A stretch of DNA of 63,197 bases, filler included, from Octopus bimaculoides (lineage: Eukaryota): assembly GCF_001194135.2 (NCBI RefSeq). It is 4 parts of 4 records of this genome, joined end to end, with 100 filler letters (N's around TTAATTAATTAA, not from the genome) between each part and the next. Parts side by side here need not be neighbours in the genome. Positions count along the whole stretch, not along the records: positions 27,247 to 51,746 come from NC_068981.1; 3 more parts are not named here. One strand, written 5' to 3'. Shown one piece after another: positions 35,090 through 49,500 of this stretch. The translations under genes were made by a program, and so were the position numbers. The number at the start of each line of letters is the position of its first letter. The stretch's first letter is position 1. The notes under the pieces are model-generated. The model did not search any database, was not told the DNA's origin, and saw nothing but the letters and a program-made list of their open reading frames with translations.

Positions 35090-35887
35090 TATATATTTAC
35101 AGTGTTACAGCTAGTAGACTATAGCAGGAATTGTTACTGTTGGTGGACTTTTGACCATAGGACCATCTGTTCGATTAGATGTAACCTAAAGCATTACAAG
35201 AAGGAAAAAAAAATATGAAAGCACTTTGAATCATGTTATTTCTTTGTTGCGGCTTGTTTTTTGCTGTTATTGTTGCTTATTTAACGTATGGCTATCGGAG
35301 ATTTTACTTTTATTGTGGTACTGTCTTTTATTCATTCTATCACAAAATAACGGTTTTGAAAATCTCACATAGCACTGAGATTTTCAGGAAAACGGAAACA
35401 TATGGTAGACAATGTACAATCAATGACTAGCCTTCTGGCTAAATTAACTGATTACGAACACCTACAGATGGCTAGTATATAGATTACAAGAAAGATTTCA
35501 CTCAGGATAAAATTTCGTGTTTTCACGAGAGAAATAATAGATTGTCTAAAGAATTTGGTAGCCACGAGTGAAAGAGCGATTTGGGTGCGTATGGATGTAA
35601 ACAAAATAACTAGATGCCTATACACCATGAATCTAACAACCGTTAATCAGAACAAAAATCCGACCAGACACTCAAAGGGAAATGGAACAAGAGAGTTGAT
35701 GCAATGCTTTATCTTCTTCAAACCCTTCAAAGTAATGAAATACGATTTAATTACACGTTGGTTATGTGGTACAACACAACGAAATTTATCTTACCGTTCA
35801 TGTGTTTTCGAAATATATAATGAGAGTCACTTTGAATTTCTCAGCATACATTCTAGTATACACATTAGTCTAGAAAGAATGTGTGCG

Positions 35888-35928
<41 letters not shown>

Positions 35929-35991
35929 ATGTATGTGGGCATGTATGAGTGTGCGTGTGGGTGTGTATGTGGTTGTGTGTGTATGCGGATG

Positions 35992-36200
35992 AATGCGCGT
36001 GGCTTAGTGGTTCGGATGTTGCGCTCACGAGTGTTAGATCGTATGTTCGATTCCCGGAGCGAGCAGTGCGTTGTGTCTCTTCTCGCTGGTTTAGTCTAAT
36101 TGTTTTCTGTTAGCCAGCTCACTCTAGCGAGCAATGCAGCATCATTCAAGAGCTACGACGATGTAAAGTGCATTGTAACAAGCAATATATGACAGCATCC
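35992..36200 (+). mobile_element. Degenerate tRNA-headed SINE
   Basis: GCGCGTGGCTTAGTGGTT (A box) and GTTCGATTCCC (B box), followed by GTTGTGTC as in family D. Confidence 0.6.
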
Positions 36201-36513
36201 AATAATCTAGTCAATCACATGAGGTATATAGATATATATACAAACACATATATATATACATACACATATGTATATACACACACACATATATATACATATA
36301 TATATATACATACATACACACATATACATATGCATATATAATGATGTGCTCTTCTATTACGTCATAGCCCACATCAGACTGAGCAGGATTCACTGCAAAT
36401 ATGCAACGGTGAGAGTTTAATGCGATTAACAATAAAAGCCAAAATCTGAAGGGAATAATAGTGGCGCTCATCGCAATTATATATTTGTATGTGTGCTTAT
36501 ATGTATGTATATG

Positions 36514-36595
<82 letters not shown>

Positions 36596-36633
36596 TGTGT
36601 TTGTGTATGTATATATGTATGTATTTATATAAT

Positions 36634-36666
<33 letters not shown>

Positions 36667-37112
36667 CATATGTATGCGTATGCATGTATATATAAACACA
36701 CACATATAAAACAAACATGCAGAATGGCACATACTATATGTTTGCAATATATATGAGGATCACGTCCTTATGCGTGCATACGTGAGAGCTGTATCTAGGT
36801 GTCTGTGTATACATTATACATATATACATACATATATATATATATANNNNNNNNNNNNNNNNNNNNNNNNNNNNNNNNNNNNNNNNNNNNNNNNNNNNNN
36901 NNNNNNNNNNNNNNNNNNNNNNNNNNNNNNNNNNNNNNNNNNNNNNNNNNNNNNNNNNNNNNNNNNNNNNNNNNNNNNNNNNNNNNNNNNNNNNNNNNNN
37001 NNNNNNNNNNNNNNNNNNNNNNNNNNNNNNNNNNNNNNNNNNNNNNNNNNNNNNNNNNNNNNNNNNNNNNNNNNNNNNNNNNNNNNNNNNNNGTGTATAT
37101 ATATATATATAT

Positions 37113-37170
<58 letters not shown>

Positions 37171-38431
37171 GGGTATATATGTTGTGTTTGTCTTTGTGTT
37201 TGCATGTATAAGGTATGATGCAAGCTTGTATATACTTATAGTCAAAGCACTTTGTACATTCGATGCCAGTCTGGTACATTTATATAGATAAGCTCGAAAA
37301 ACATCTATATCAGATTCATGCTATGCATTTCTCTGTGTGTGTATATGTAAATATGAATATTTCTCTTTGTGTGTGCAAGTGTGTGTGAATTATGTCGGTA
37401 GTTAAGTTGTATATATGTGCTAGTGTGCCTTAAAGTGGCAATGTATAGAATAACAGATATTAGATATCTTTATCAATATTTTTATCTCTCTAATTACAAC
37501 AATATCATAAGATGTTCTTCTATACTTATGTAACTTGTCTTCAGATTTCACCGACAGACTGAAGGTGCCATAGAGATTGCAAAACCAAATAAGATGCCTT
37601 GGGATATATCGTTCATTTCGATGTCTTCAGCTGAATCATCTACCCCACCAGAAGCCAACAATTTGATTGAACCCTCTGCTTTTTGTTGTTATTGTTGTAA
37701 TTCCATCCCCATCTCATTAATCCAAATTGAGTAGAACTAAGATCGAAATGATACAACCCAAACCTTGTATTTTTTCATACATCATTTTTTAAGGCAGTAG
37801 TGTGCGATTTGAGGGCGATGTTGCTTCTATTTCATAGAGAAGCGGCTTCCTCATTTGTCAGCTCTCAACCAGTTGTGTGACAGAACAGATCTATGTTCGA
37901 AGTTGTGCCTGTACCGTCTATCTTGTCCTCTCAGGTATTGCAGCGTTTAGGACTACATTACCCACTACAGTTACGCCTATTCAAAAGAGTAGGACATAAT
38001 TTGAAGGCGATTTCACTGTTATTTTCAACTGGTTGAACGTCCATATAGAGTTTGCCTCGATATTCAAGATGAATATAATTTGATATGGCTTCTTTTAATC
38101 CTCATGATTCAACTATGGCTTATCGAGAACTGATGATCTAATCCAGTTCAACTCATGTAGCAAAATCAGACGCTAGTTTAATATAATTATATTTCAAATA
38201 CACTAGAAAGATACTAAAATTTACAAATAGTCATAAATATTCTTTCATTCTTGTACTGATTAACGAGGCAGAATTTTTAACGCGCCGGACAAACTCGAAC
38301 TCGGAAAAATTTGAGCTCAGAACAACGCTAATAACAATAATAATAATGATGCTGATGATTATGATGATGTTGATGACGATGACTACGACGATGATGATGA
38401 TGTTCGTATGTATACATACATACATACATAC

Positions 38432-39455
38432 ATACAGAATATTACACCAGACTTAGGAAAATATGGCAGTCGGAACTCTCCTCTTACAACAAAACAATAT
38501 CCCACAATGCATTTGCAGTACCAGTGCTGATCCCAGCATTTGAGATACTTGATTGGTCTGCAGAGGAAATCCACTCCATAGCTATCAAAACCCCAAAAAT
38601 CCTGACAACTGGGAACTTCCACAGATGTTGACATGCTCTACCGAAGAAGAAATGAAGGTGGTAGAGGCCTGAGATCAGTGCAGACGGCCTTCGAATGCCG
38701 TATGGTATCACTCAGGCAGCACCTGCTAAACAACAGCAGCAAAAATAAATATATATAAATGCAGTGCGGAAAAGTGAAGTGAGCAATATTGTACGAGTTG
38801 GCAGTGAACTCCTCAAGAAACACTCTCTTCCTGATGATGTCCTATACAGCCCCAAATCAGCTCTCTTACCTCAGAGAAGATCTGAATGGAAAGAACTCAG
38901 CATACAGAAAAAAGATCACGCATGTTGCCCGGAAGCTTGAAGAAGACAGTAGAATTGACACGAAGCGCTGCCTCTCTTGAATACAAGACCACTACATCAC
39001 ACTTTGAGGGCTATGCGTTTGCAATCCAAGAACAGGAGATTATCACAAAGTACCTGGTGAATATGAGAGATAGTGACGCTCTTATAATCACAAGGTGCAA
39101 CCGCATGAGTAGGTTATGTCATGAATCTGTGGAAGACATCACGCATGTGATTAGCAGCTGTCCTAAAATGTCATCACGGTACTACCTTCCTATGTGGTAT
39201 GATGTTGTTACTAAAACAATTTACATTGCCATCCGCAAAAGTGACTGTCCTGAAATAAACTTAGAAAATCCCTCTGTTACGGAATACATTCATAAACACC
39301 AAATCAAGGAATACTGATGGAATATTCCCATCAAAATTTCTGTCAAATGTAAGCATAACATGCCGGATACTGTTGTTTGGAACAGAGTGGCAAAGGTATG
39401 CACCATTATAGAGGTCAGCTGCCCTGCAGATATAAATATCTCTTCGAAAATCAAA
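38432..39455 (+). mobile_element. R4/Dong-like non-LTR retrotransposon 3-prime remnant (restriction-like endonuclease type)
   Basis: Frames give RGLRSV..FECRMVSL, EGYAFAIQEQEI, a zinc-knuckle remnant RLCHESVEDITHVISSC and an endonuclease motif KHNMPDTVVW..IIEVSCP. Confidence 0.82.
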
Positions 39456-39556
39456 CAAAAAAAAAGGATATCTATATATATATATAGAGAGAGAGAGATA
39501 GAGAGTGAAAGAGGGGAAGAGAAAGAGTGGGAGTGATACATATATACGTATACGCA

Positions 39557-39596
<40 letters not shown>

Positions 39597-39899
39597 TGTG
39601 TGTGTGTGTGTATGTGTGTGTGCGTGTTTGTAAGAGGTTCACAAGTCTTTGGTTTGCGTAAGGCCATAATAGAAGACACTGGCACACAGTGGGACTGAAG
39701 CTGGAATCATGTTTTTGGGAAGGGCTCCGTCCATCATAGCTGACGATTTCACTATATCAGTGTGCGCAGGATTGAGCAAGGTTCGTTTTGGAAGACTGGC
39801 AATGTTTGTTTATATATGCTAATTTCCACTCTCTACGCCATCGATATTCTTCAAGAGAAAGGCTCCAGCTTTAGGGTTGGATAAGCTTGACATACTCTC

Positions 39900-41030
39900 G
39901 AGGTAGTTGCTGCCAGAAAAATGCCGAGAACCAGAAACGATGCTGCAAGACATCTCCTCCGCCGCGCTCACAGTTTCGATCATATTCCACATTAGAATAT
40001 ATGATTTTTTTTCTTTTTTATCGATTCCTCAAGCATGGAAAACAAGGCTGATATCGGTATGATTTGAACTCACTGCGCAAAGTGTCGAAACAAGACCAGT
40101 ACCGCGAGACTTTCTATACACTTAGAATTCTGCAGTCTATTTGCCTTTACATTGACACACTCGCGCGCGCGCACATACACACACATATGTATATGTATAT
40201 ATATATAGAGAGAGAGGGGAAGGGAGAGAGAAAGAGAGAGAGAGGGGGAGAGAAATAGAGAGAGAGGGGGGAGAAAGAGGGAGTGATACATATATACGTA
40301 TATGCAAACGTGTATGTGGGGGNNNNNNNNNNNNNNNNGGGGGGTGTTCGTGTAAGAGGTTCACTCAAAATTCGTCCAGGTCTTCTCGGACATGCGATGA
40401 AGAGCACCTTCGGCGGAAACGCGTGGATCGGCTGAATAGTGCGAGATGGACACGTGACCGTGCGGAGACAGAGCGCAGCCACAGCAGCAGTGGACGCATA
40501 TCATGCTGCGTGAACCACTGCTGATTCTATTAGCTGCTCTGACATCTAAAAACGATACGGCCTGGCTTATGAACGTACCGGCGAATGAAACCAAAATGCG
40601 TAAGAAAGATAAAGGTTGGCGCTCTCGAGAGCTACTCCTATGCTTGAGCTGTCACTACGAACGAACTGAGACACGTTTTCGAGTCCCGAGAATATGCATG
40701 TCCATTGTTTGTTAATGAGCCACAAAGCGACAGCTATGTTAACAAGAAACACCTGTGCATGGACAAAACCCAGGATATTCGCAAATAAAAGAAAATATGT
40801 CATGAACAGTACCATACTACTTTTATTGGTCCTACGTAAAATCAAGAATAACAAAGCAAATGCTAAGATGATTTGTCATTGCAAATAGAAGCAGAGCAAA
40901 GATTATATTCGCATGACCATCCTGGATTCTTTTCCAAAGTAACCCACTCCTATACGAAGCAAAATGTCTTCCCATCAACCTCCATTGCCTTGGAGAACAC
41001 TCATTCACAATCTCCACTGGTTCTGTATAA
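39900..41030 (+). mobile_element. Possible highly degenerate Helitron N-terminal region
   Basis: Fragments MPRTRNDAARH, an Arg-rich charged frame at 40381-40520 and MSIVC..A.KR....ETP at 40697-40755 loosely recall Helitron Rep N-termini. Confidence 0.25.
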
Positions 41031-41091
41031 TCCCATAGAATATAATTAGATAGATGTTTATAAATACTGTTGTGTTTTTAGCAACTCTCAG

Positions 41092-41148
<57 letters not shown>

Positions 41149-41572
41149 GTCTGTCTGTCTGTCTGTATGTATNNNNNNNNNNNNNNNNNNNNNNNNNNNN
41201 NNNNNNNNNNNNNNNNNNNNNNNNNNNNNNNNNNNNNNNNNNNNNNNNNNNNNNNNNNNNNNNNNNNNNNNNNNNNNNNNNNNNNNNNNNNNNNNNNNNN
41301 NNNNNNNNNNNNNNNNNNNNNNNNNNNNNNNNNNNNNNNNNNNNNNNNNNNNNNNNNNNNNNNNNNNNNNNNNNNNNNNNNNNNNNNNNNNNNNNNNNNN
41401 NNNNNNNNNNNNNNNNNNNNNNNNNNNNNNNNNNNNNNNNNNNNNNNNNNNNNNNNNNNNNNNNNNNNNNNNNNNNNNNNNNNNNNNNNNNNNNNNNNNN
41501 NNNNNNNNNNNNNNNNNNNNNNNNNNNNNNNNNNNNNNNNNNNNACACACACACATATATATATATATTTAA

Positions 41573-41625
<53 letters not shown>

Positions 41626-41892
41626 CACATATATATATATATATATAGGTTTGTGTATGCGCATGAATATATATATGCGTGCACATGCATGTTTGAGCGC
41701 GAGTCTGTGTGCATAGTACATTATATGGATTCCATTTAGTATATGAAGCAAGTATATGTATATGTGTGTGTATGTACGTGTGTATGCATGTAATATACAT
41801 ACATATAATATATATATAAACACACACACATACACAGACACGCAGGTTGTTTCATATATATAATACATACCCCTGACTTTTATGCACATATA

Positions 41893-41936
<44 letters not shown>

Positions 41937-42593
41937 CATATATAATATATACATATGTATATATATGTATGTGTGTATGTGTATATACGTATGTGTGCGT
42001 ATGTGTGTGTGAGTATGTGTGTCCCTGTATATATATAACCAGCGTGTACATGTTTGCGTGTATATGTTTGCGTGTGTGAGCGTTAGGCTTCTTCCTTCTT
42101 TCTCAATTTGATCTTTGCGAATATTTATTTATTGAAGCTTTTTCCCCCGTTTATTTGCTGCGTTCTTTTAATTTATATATTTTCATTCCTTTGATACTTT
42201 TATCTTTGGCTGTCATCTTTAAAACGAAACATTTACCTTGCAGCAGGCAACCTTAATGTTAAATTGTTCCTCCTTTTCTATTCTCTTCTACAAATTCCTG
42301 GTATTGTGTACTTGTTGTTTCACATTCTCAATGGCTGTGGTTGTTGCTGCTACTGCTGCTGTTGGTGTCGTTGTTGTTGTTGTTATATTTTAGACTACAT
42401 GATCGTGTTTTTTAAGGGTTTCTTGGGTGGGGGGCGGCTTAGTGAAGCTTTTAGTTTCCTATTAGAGATTTTGTATTTCATACAACTACTATGACTAACA
42501 ATAACAACAACAGTAATGTCTTTTTTTTCTTAACCACCTTGAGTTAAAGATGATGATAACTTCACTACTACTATTTCTACAACCACTACGACA

Positions 42594-42594
<1 letters not shown>

Positions 42595-42651
<57 letters not shown>

Positions 42652-42805
42652 GTAGTAGTAGTAGTAATAATAATCCTTTCTATTATAGGCACAAAGCCTG
42701 AAATTTGGGAGAGGGGTATAGACAATTACATCGACTCCAGTACTCAACCATTACTTGTTTCATCGACCCAGAAAGGATGAAAGGCAAAGTTGACCTTAGT
42801 GACTA

Positions 42806-42840
<35 letters not shown>

Positions 42841-43142
42841 AATGTTGCTGCTGTTACTACTACTACTATAATTATAATAATCATTATTGTTACTAATAGT
42901 ATCATTATCATATTCATAATTTTGTTGTTGACGTCGCTGTTGCTTTTCTTGTTTGCAATTTTGTTTCTATTATTAATATTTATTTATTTATTAACTTTCG
43001 AAATTTAGATTCGATTCGATTCTCTGGCAATCATACGTCGGAATAAATTTCTTCTTCTTCTTCTTCTTCTTCTTCTTCTTCTTCTTCTTCTTCTTCTTCT
43101 TCTTCTTCTTCTTCTTCTTCATAACCATCATGAAGCTGGTCA

Positions 43143-43218
<76 letters not shown>

Positions 43219-43230
43219 CCACCACCATCC
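42595..43230. repeat. Trinucleotide cluster (AAT)n, (GAT)n, (CTT)n, (CAT)n with a SINE C fragment at 42683-42800
   Basis: Pure runs visible at 42595-42650, 42806-42840, 43047-43120 and 43140-43220. Confidence 0.9.
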
Positions 43231-43837
43231 ATCACCATGTTCACGACGATTGTTACAGAATCGTTAACAAATAATACCTGAACACTTTATCGGTGCAATC
43301 AAAGGCTGAACGCCCCCTGGATTTTTAGATAACAGGAGAAGGTATTAGAAAATCAAAATAAACACATAACACATGCATGCAAGCAAGTAAGCAATCACGC
43401 ATGCACAAGTAGAAGCACGCATATCGCGCGCGCGCGCGCTCTGAGGAATCCACTCATACAGATGGCCACACAGAGACAAGATGGTTAAATATATAAAAAT
43501 AAATTTAAGAAGGTTTATATGCATAATTGTATGAAGGGAGAGCGGTGAGTTCGATACTGATGGTGGTAACGGTGAAGGCGCCGAGTGAGTGGCGTTGGTA
43601 GTGTTGATGATGATGGTTTTGGCAGTGGTGGTGGCTGTGGGGATTGTAGGGAATAATGCGATGGGAAGGTATTGGTAGTCTTGGTGGTTGTGGCAGTAGT
43701 TGTGGCTGTGGTCATGATGACAGCAATTGTAGAGATTCAAGAATTCTTATGAAGGTAGTGGTGAAGAAAATTGTCAGTTTTAGCCACCGTGGAGATATTG
43801 GTGTTGACATGAAGGCAGACGATGGTAGATATGTACA

Positions 43838-44251
43838 TGTACAGGAGTGGCTGTGTGGTAAGTAGCTTGCATACCAACCACATGGTTCCGGGTTCAGTTC
43901 CACTGCGTGGCACCTTGTAAAGTGTCTTCTACTATAGCCTCGGGCCGACCAAAGCCTTGTGAGTGGATTTGGTAGATGGAAACTGAAAGAAGCCCGTCGT
44001 ATATATGTATATATGTATGTATGTATGTGTATATGTTTGCGTGTCTGTGTTTGTCCCCCAACATTGCTTGACAACCGATGCTGGTGTGTTTATGTCCTCG
44101 TAACTTAGCGGTTCGGCAAAAGAGACCGATAGAATAAGTACTAGGCTTCCAAAGAATAAGTCCTGGGGTCGATTTGCTCGACTAAAGGTGGTGCTCCAGC
44201 ATGGCCACAGTCAAATGACTGAAACAAGTAAAAGAGTAAAAGAGTAAGAGA
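43838..44251 (+). mobile_element. Full-length SINE family A (tRNA head, internal microsatellite, GAGTAAAA tail)
   Basis: Head AGGAGTGGCTGTGTGGTAAG, GGTTCAGTTCC B-box-like, GCACCTTG..AAGTGTC core, internal (TA/TG)n at 44000-44045, tail CAGTCAAATGACTGAAACAAGTAAAAGAGTAAAAGAG. Confidence 0.93.
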
Positions 44252-44654
44252 GTGCATATGCACACACATATATATGAATATGTTATTAGTAGGACTTAGA
44301 AGAAGGCGCTTTTTTTCCACTCACCAAAGTCAATGAAGCTTTGACCAGGAGAAATTGAAGTTTTCAGGCGATATCCAACGATCATCGGGTGTTTTGACCC
44401 GAACCTTAAAATCCTCCCGTTGATGGACCTGCAGAGGTGGGCAAATCACTGCTTGTCCTGTGCTCTTGGCTTCCAGTTTAACTCTTCTCTCTTGCTCTAT
44501 AACCAGCAAGAAGCCCATTCTTCTTTAAGCTTTTATGCATACATACATACATGCATGCATGCATACATACATACACGCATATATACATATATGCATACGT
44601 GGATCATTATTATTATCATTTTATATGCTCCAGCGTTGAGGCTGTGGCCATATT

Positions 44655-44688
44655 ATTGTTATTATTGTTGTTGTTGTTGTTGTTGTTG

Positions 44689-44744
<56 letters not shown>

Positions 44745-45958
44745 TTTACTCTATTTATCCTAGGTTATATAGGCACATCTCGTTTAAACCAGTTGGCATG
44801 ATTAGTCTGTAGCCGCCATAATAGAATGGGGGATTTTATATCCGTAAACGATCTTAAAGGATACATACATACATACATAGCCCCGCTAACTCTTGTTTAA
44901 GCATAAGCGGTGCTAGTTAGTACCCTCCACCACTTTTGTGACCTCTTATTTTGCCTTTAGGTTCTAATTGCTAATGAGCCAATCTTTTAATTTGTTGTGT
45001 ACATATATATATAAGTACAGGCGCCACTTAAAAGCATCCAGTCCACACTGTAAAGTTGTTGGCGTTTGGAAGGGCATCCAACTGTAAAAACGTAGCCACG
45101 TAAAAGAACTAAGTCCACACACAGGCACATGCTCGCACGCACAACGTATATAGATATAAAGAAAATATATGTATCATGGACTTCCGTACGCGTAGATAAT
45201 GCAACTACACTTCTTAAACTATTAATATGCAGCTCTGGGAAAGAATTTTTCTTGTGAAGCACAATATATTTGTATAATGTGTGTATGTAGATACGTATAG
45301 ATGCATATATACATGTGAATATGTGCGTGAGAGAGTATTTTCCCTAGGGTTTATTGCAAACCAACTTTTGACGAAGTCGAGGAACAAATCAAAAACCAGA
45401 AGACACTACACACACACATACACACATACACACACGCACACAAACACATACGCAGACACACACACACATATGCACGTATGTGTATGAATAAATATGTATA
45501 TACAGAGTCTCACACACACATATACAAGGATGTGCTGAAAAATCCCGGGCTTTAAAGGTCTCGCCAAAAGTCTGGTCGGCGGACCAAACTTTCGAGTTCT
45601 TTTGAAGGACCACTGCAATAAGTGTGTGAATCTGAGAGGGCAGTATGTTGAATATTAACCGATATAATAATTAACTGATCTTCCTGCATTGTCTTTCACC
45701 CAAATAAGGAACGTAAATGAGATCACAAGAATTATATGTTGAGATTGTGTTAGCTGATTATGTGTTGAGGTCTGATGAAATGGAATTGCATAACCATGGC
45801 CTACGGTTTAATTCGGTCGGTTGCCGTGCACCTCAACAGGGGAAGTAATCAGGTGTGTGCGTGCGAAAGTATATATCGTATATTAGCTGAGTGCTTTTGT
45901 GATATAATACATAATATAACCGGTCATAGTTCCATTATTACATTGCTTTTATTTTTAC

Positions 45959-46022
<64 letters not shown>

Positions 46023-46032
46023 GTTATTATTA

Positions 46033-46076
<44 letters not shown>
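44655..46076. repeat. (GTT)n/(ATT)n and (CAT)n/(TAT)n microsatellite tracts with a short mariner-like end at about 45523-45720
   Basis: Runs at 44655-44745 and 45958-46076; TACAAGGATGTGCTGAAAAATCCCGGGC resembles a mariner-type terminus. Confidence 0.7.
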
Positions 46077-46219
46077 NNNNNNNNNNNNNNNNNNNNNNNN
46101 NNNNNNNNNNNNNNNNNNNNNNNNNNNNNNNNNNNNNNNNNNNNNNNNNNNNNNNNNNNNNNNNNNNNNNNNNNNNNNNNNNNNNNNNNNNNNNNNNNNN
46201 NNNNNNNNNNNNNNNNNNN

Positions 46220-46266
<47 letters not shown>

Positions 46267-47137
46267 CATACACACATATATAAATACATAAAGCTGTTTA
46301 AATATGTCTGTACGTGTTATATATACAGATACATATGTATATATAATCACATATTTAAGTACATATATGCGTGCTTACATATATATATAAATGTATATGC
46401 ATGCGTATACGCACACACATACACGCACACTCGCAAACACACACACACTCACACATACAAACACACATGTGTACTTATATTTACTGCCATCTTTTAGACG
46501 CTTCATGTATGAGACTGTAAACTCCCACCTCAGTAACGAAGCCAGCTGAACCTATCTGATTACATTTCGAGTATTTGTAAGAAATTTCTCCGGTATTCCA
46601 CTTTGGTTCGGTCAAATTTCAAAATGTGCCACGCCCCGAACTAACTGCTCAGAGCAATGTAACTTCGAAACCTCTGGATATTATTCCGATGTTGTTAATG
46701 CTGATATTGTTTCTGCTGGTGGTGTTATTTGGTGTTATCTTGTTTTTGTTTTTATTGTTAAAACAACGTGTATTCTCTTGTTCCTATTTCCTTTTATATG
46801 TGTGTATGTATATATATATATATATATATATNNNNNNNNNNNNNNNNNNNNNNNNNNNNNNNNNNNNNNNNNNNNNNNNNNNNNNNNNNNNNNNNNNNNN
46901 NNNNNNNNNNNNNNNNNNNNNNNNNNNNNNNNNNNNNNNNNNNNNNNNNNNNNNNNNNNNNNNNNNNNNNNNNNNNNNNNNNNNNNNNNNNNNNNNNNNN
47001 NNNNNNNNNNNNNNNNNNNNNNNNNNNNNNNNNNNNNNNNNNNNNNNNNNNNNNNNNNNNNNNNNNNNNNNNNNNNNNNNNNNNNNNNNNNNNNNNNNNN
47101 NNNNNNNNNNNNNNNNNNNNNNNNNNNNNNNNNNNNN

Positions 47138-47190
<53 letters not shown>

Positions 47191-47619
47191 TATATATATA
47201 TATACATACATACATATATACACACATATATATATATATACATATATATGTTCGTATATGTATATGAATATATATATATAGATATATGATATGTATGTGG
47301 ATATAATGCGTATATATATATATATATATATATATCTGTATACACACACACGCACGCACATACACAACGCACATATGTGAGTGTGTGTGTGAGAGAGAGA
47401 AAACAGGATGGATGACTAGACAGGAGACTGGATACATATATGTACATGTATGTGTCTGTAATTCCATGTATAGTATACTTTTACTTTAGTTTTCAATGTC
47501 TGTGCTTGAAATATAGCTTCGAGTCGTTTCTTGACAAGCTAAGTCCAATTACTTATCGTGGGTGTTGGGATGAAAGTGTGAACTAGCGGGGATGGGGATT
47601 TAGTGAGGTGAACAAGTAA

Positions 47620-47649
47620 GTAAGTAGGTGGGGGCAGATCGCTGTTGGC

Positions 47650-47688
<39 letters not shown>

Positions 47689-48200
47689 CGACGACGATGA
47701 TGATGATAAAGGAGTTGTAGTGGGGTGATGTCGATAGTTAATAATGACAGCAGTGGACGCAGTATTTTGTGTCGGTGGTGTTAGGGTAGTTGAGAATGGT
47801 GGTGTTGGTGATGGTGCTGGTGTTGTTGTTGTTGGTGGTGGTGTTTGTGTTATGGTGATGGTGGTGGAGATGGTGATGATGGTGTTGCTGGAGGGGAAGG
47901 AAGCAATAGTGGTGGTGGTGGCAATAGTGAAGTGGTGATGATGGTTTGGATGGGGTGACAATGTTGTGGTAGTCATGGGAGTAGTGGTGGAGGTGGTTAA
48001 ACGCGAAGCAGTGGAGGTTGAAACTGAACAAATTGTGCTAATAGATTTTTCTACAAATAGTAAGGAATGTGGTGTTGGCTGTAGTGGTGATGTTACTGTG
48101 TCGAAGTGGAGGCAGCAGTAGCGGTGGTTGTCATAGTGTAAATGACGGCGGTGAGAGTGCAAGTGGTAGTGGGCCTGGTGAAGCGGCTACAGTTAGTGGT
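47620..48200 (+). repeat. Degenerate GGT/GAT-rich low-complexity tract
   Basis: GATGAT and GGTGGT/GTGGTG mosaics; produces spurious Thr/Pro/His-rich ORFs on the minus strand. Confidence 0.8.
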
Positions 48201-49500
48201 CATGGTGGGGGAAAGGGAATGGCGGTGCGATCTGCTTAGATCAACTGTCAAAATTGTCTACCACCAACGTGTATGTACTTGACAGAAGAAGAGTTTACCA
48301 TCTGTGCAAACAACAAACCAACAATTCTTCAAATCCCGAAAGCCGATTTCAAACTAGCCAGGCATCTGGCCATCCATCCATCCATCCATCCATCCATCCA
48401 TCCATCTATCCATTTATCTATGCAAACAGATAGACAGACGCAAGAGATTTAGCAATGCCGGAAAATGTTAGAGTGGATTGTAGAGGTCAGCCTAACAAGA
48501 AGGAATCTGACAATCATATGAATTTTGTTGTTATCTACCGCTTCACACAAGGTGTCATTGATCTAAAGAGGAGTGCCTGAACATGGTCATTTGACCTGCT
48601 AGGAAGAACTGTCAAGTCTACCTCTGATCAGTTATAAAAACAAAAAAAGACAGAAGGAAACATTGAATAACATAGACTTGAATATTCAGAACGATGTGTT
48701 GATCAAGTGTGGAACATCTTTGATTACAAACATGCTTGGTTACAACTGACTCAGGCTTAAACAACAATGATAGAAGGAGGAGTTTACGATTTAATTCAAA
48801 TTTTGTTGCAATGTATACACGACATTTTCTTAATCCAAGACTCAAGATTCTAAAGGCTAAATACTTCAAAATGGGACACGTTAATTTTCAGTGATCTCAT
48901 TCTTTCAGTTGCGATGCTGTACCTGCCAACTGTAATAAGTATTTTTGCAGCAAGATAGATCGAGCCTAAGGTTGTGAAATGCATTGTTTTATGGAACTAG
49001 CAGAGTGCCAATATGGATGTAAGACATATCCATTTTTCGACGTGGACTGAGTCTTTTCGACTCGAGCAAAGCACGTGGTTTGAAAAGTGTAGAAATATGT
49101 AACGAAAGAGCAACAATCTCAGATAGAGTAAATAAAAACAAATAGGCCCAAAGCAAGAAGCAAGAAAGGGTCTAAGGTTTCGAGTTATAAATATTTATCA
49201 AAGAAATACAAAGTACCATGGGGACCGAGAAAAAAATATACATAGTGGACTAAAGACGTATATATATTTATATGTGTGTGTGTATGTATGAGCATAAATT
49301 CGAAATATAAGAGAATTTTCTTTCTACTTCATTTGATTGTAAACCTAATACATTTTGCTTGTTTTTAATTCGTCATCGTGTTATTTATAATTTTTGCTCT
49401 CTCTCTTTCTCTCTCTCACATATATATCTATATATATATATAAATGTGTATTTATAGATATATATGTCTGTATAGTATGTATATGTATATATATATATAT

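Noticed and set aside
35555-35992. 145-aa plus-strand ORF
   Set aside because: No recognisable domain, ends in a GT microsatellite, no splice support.
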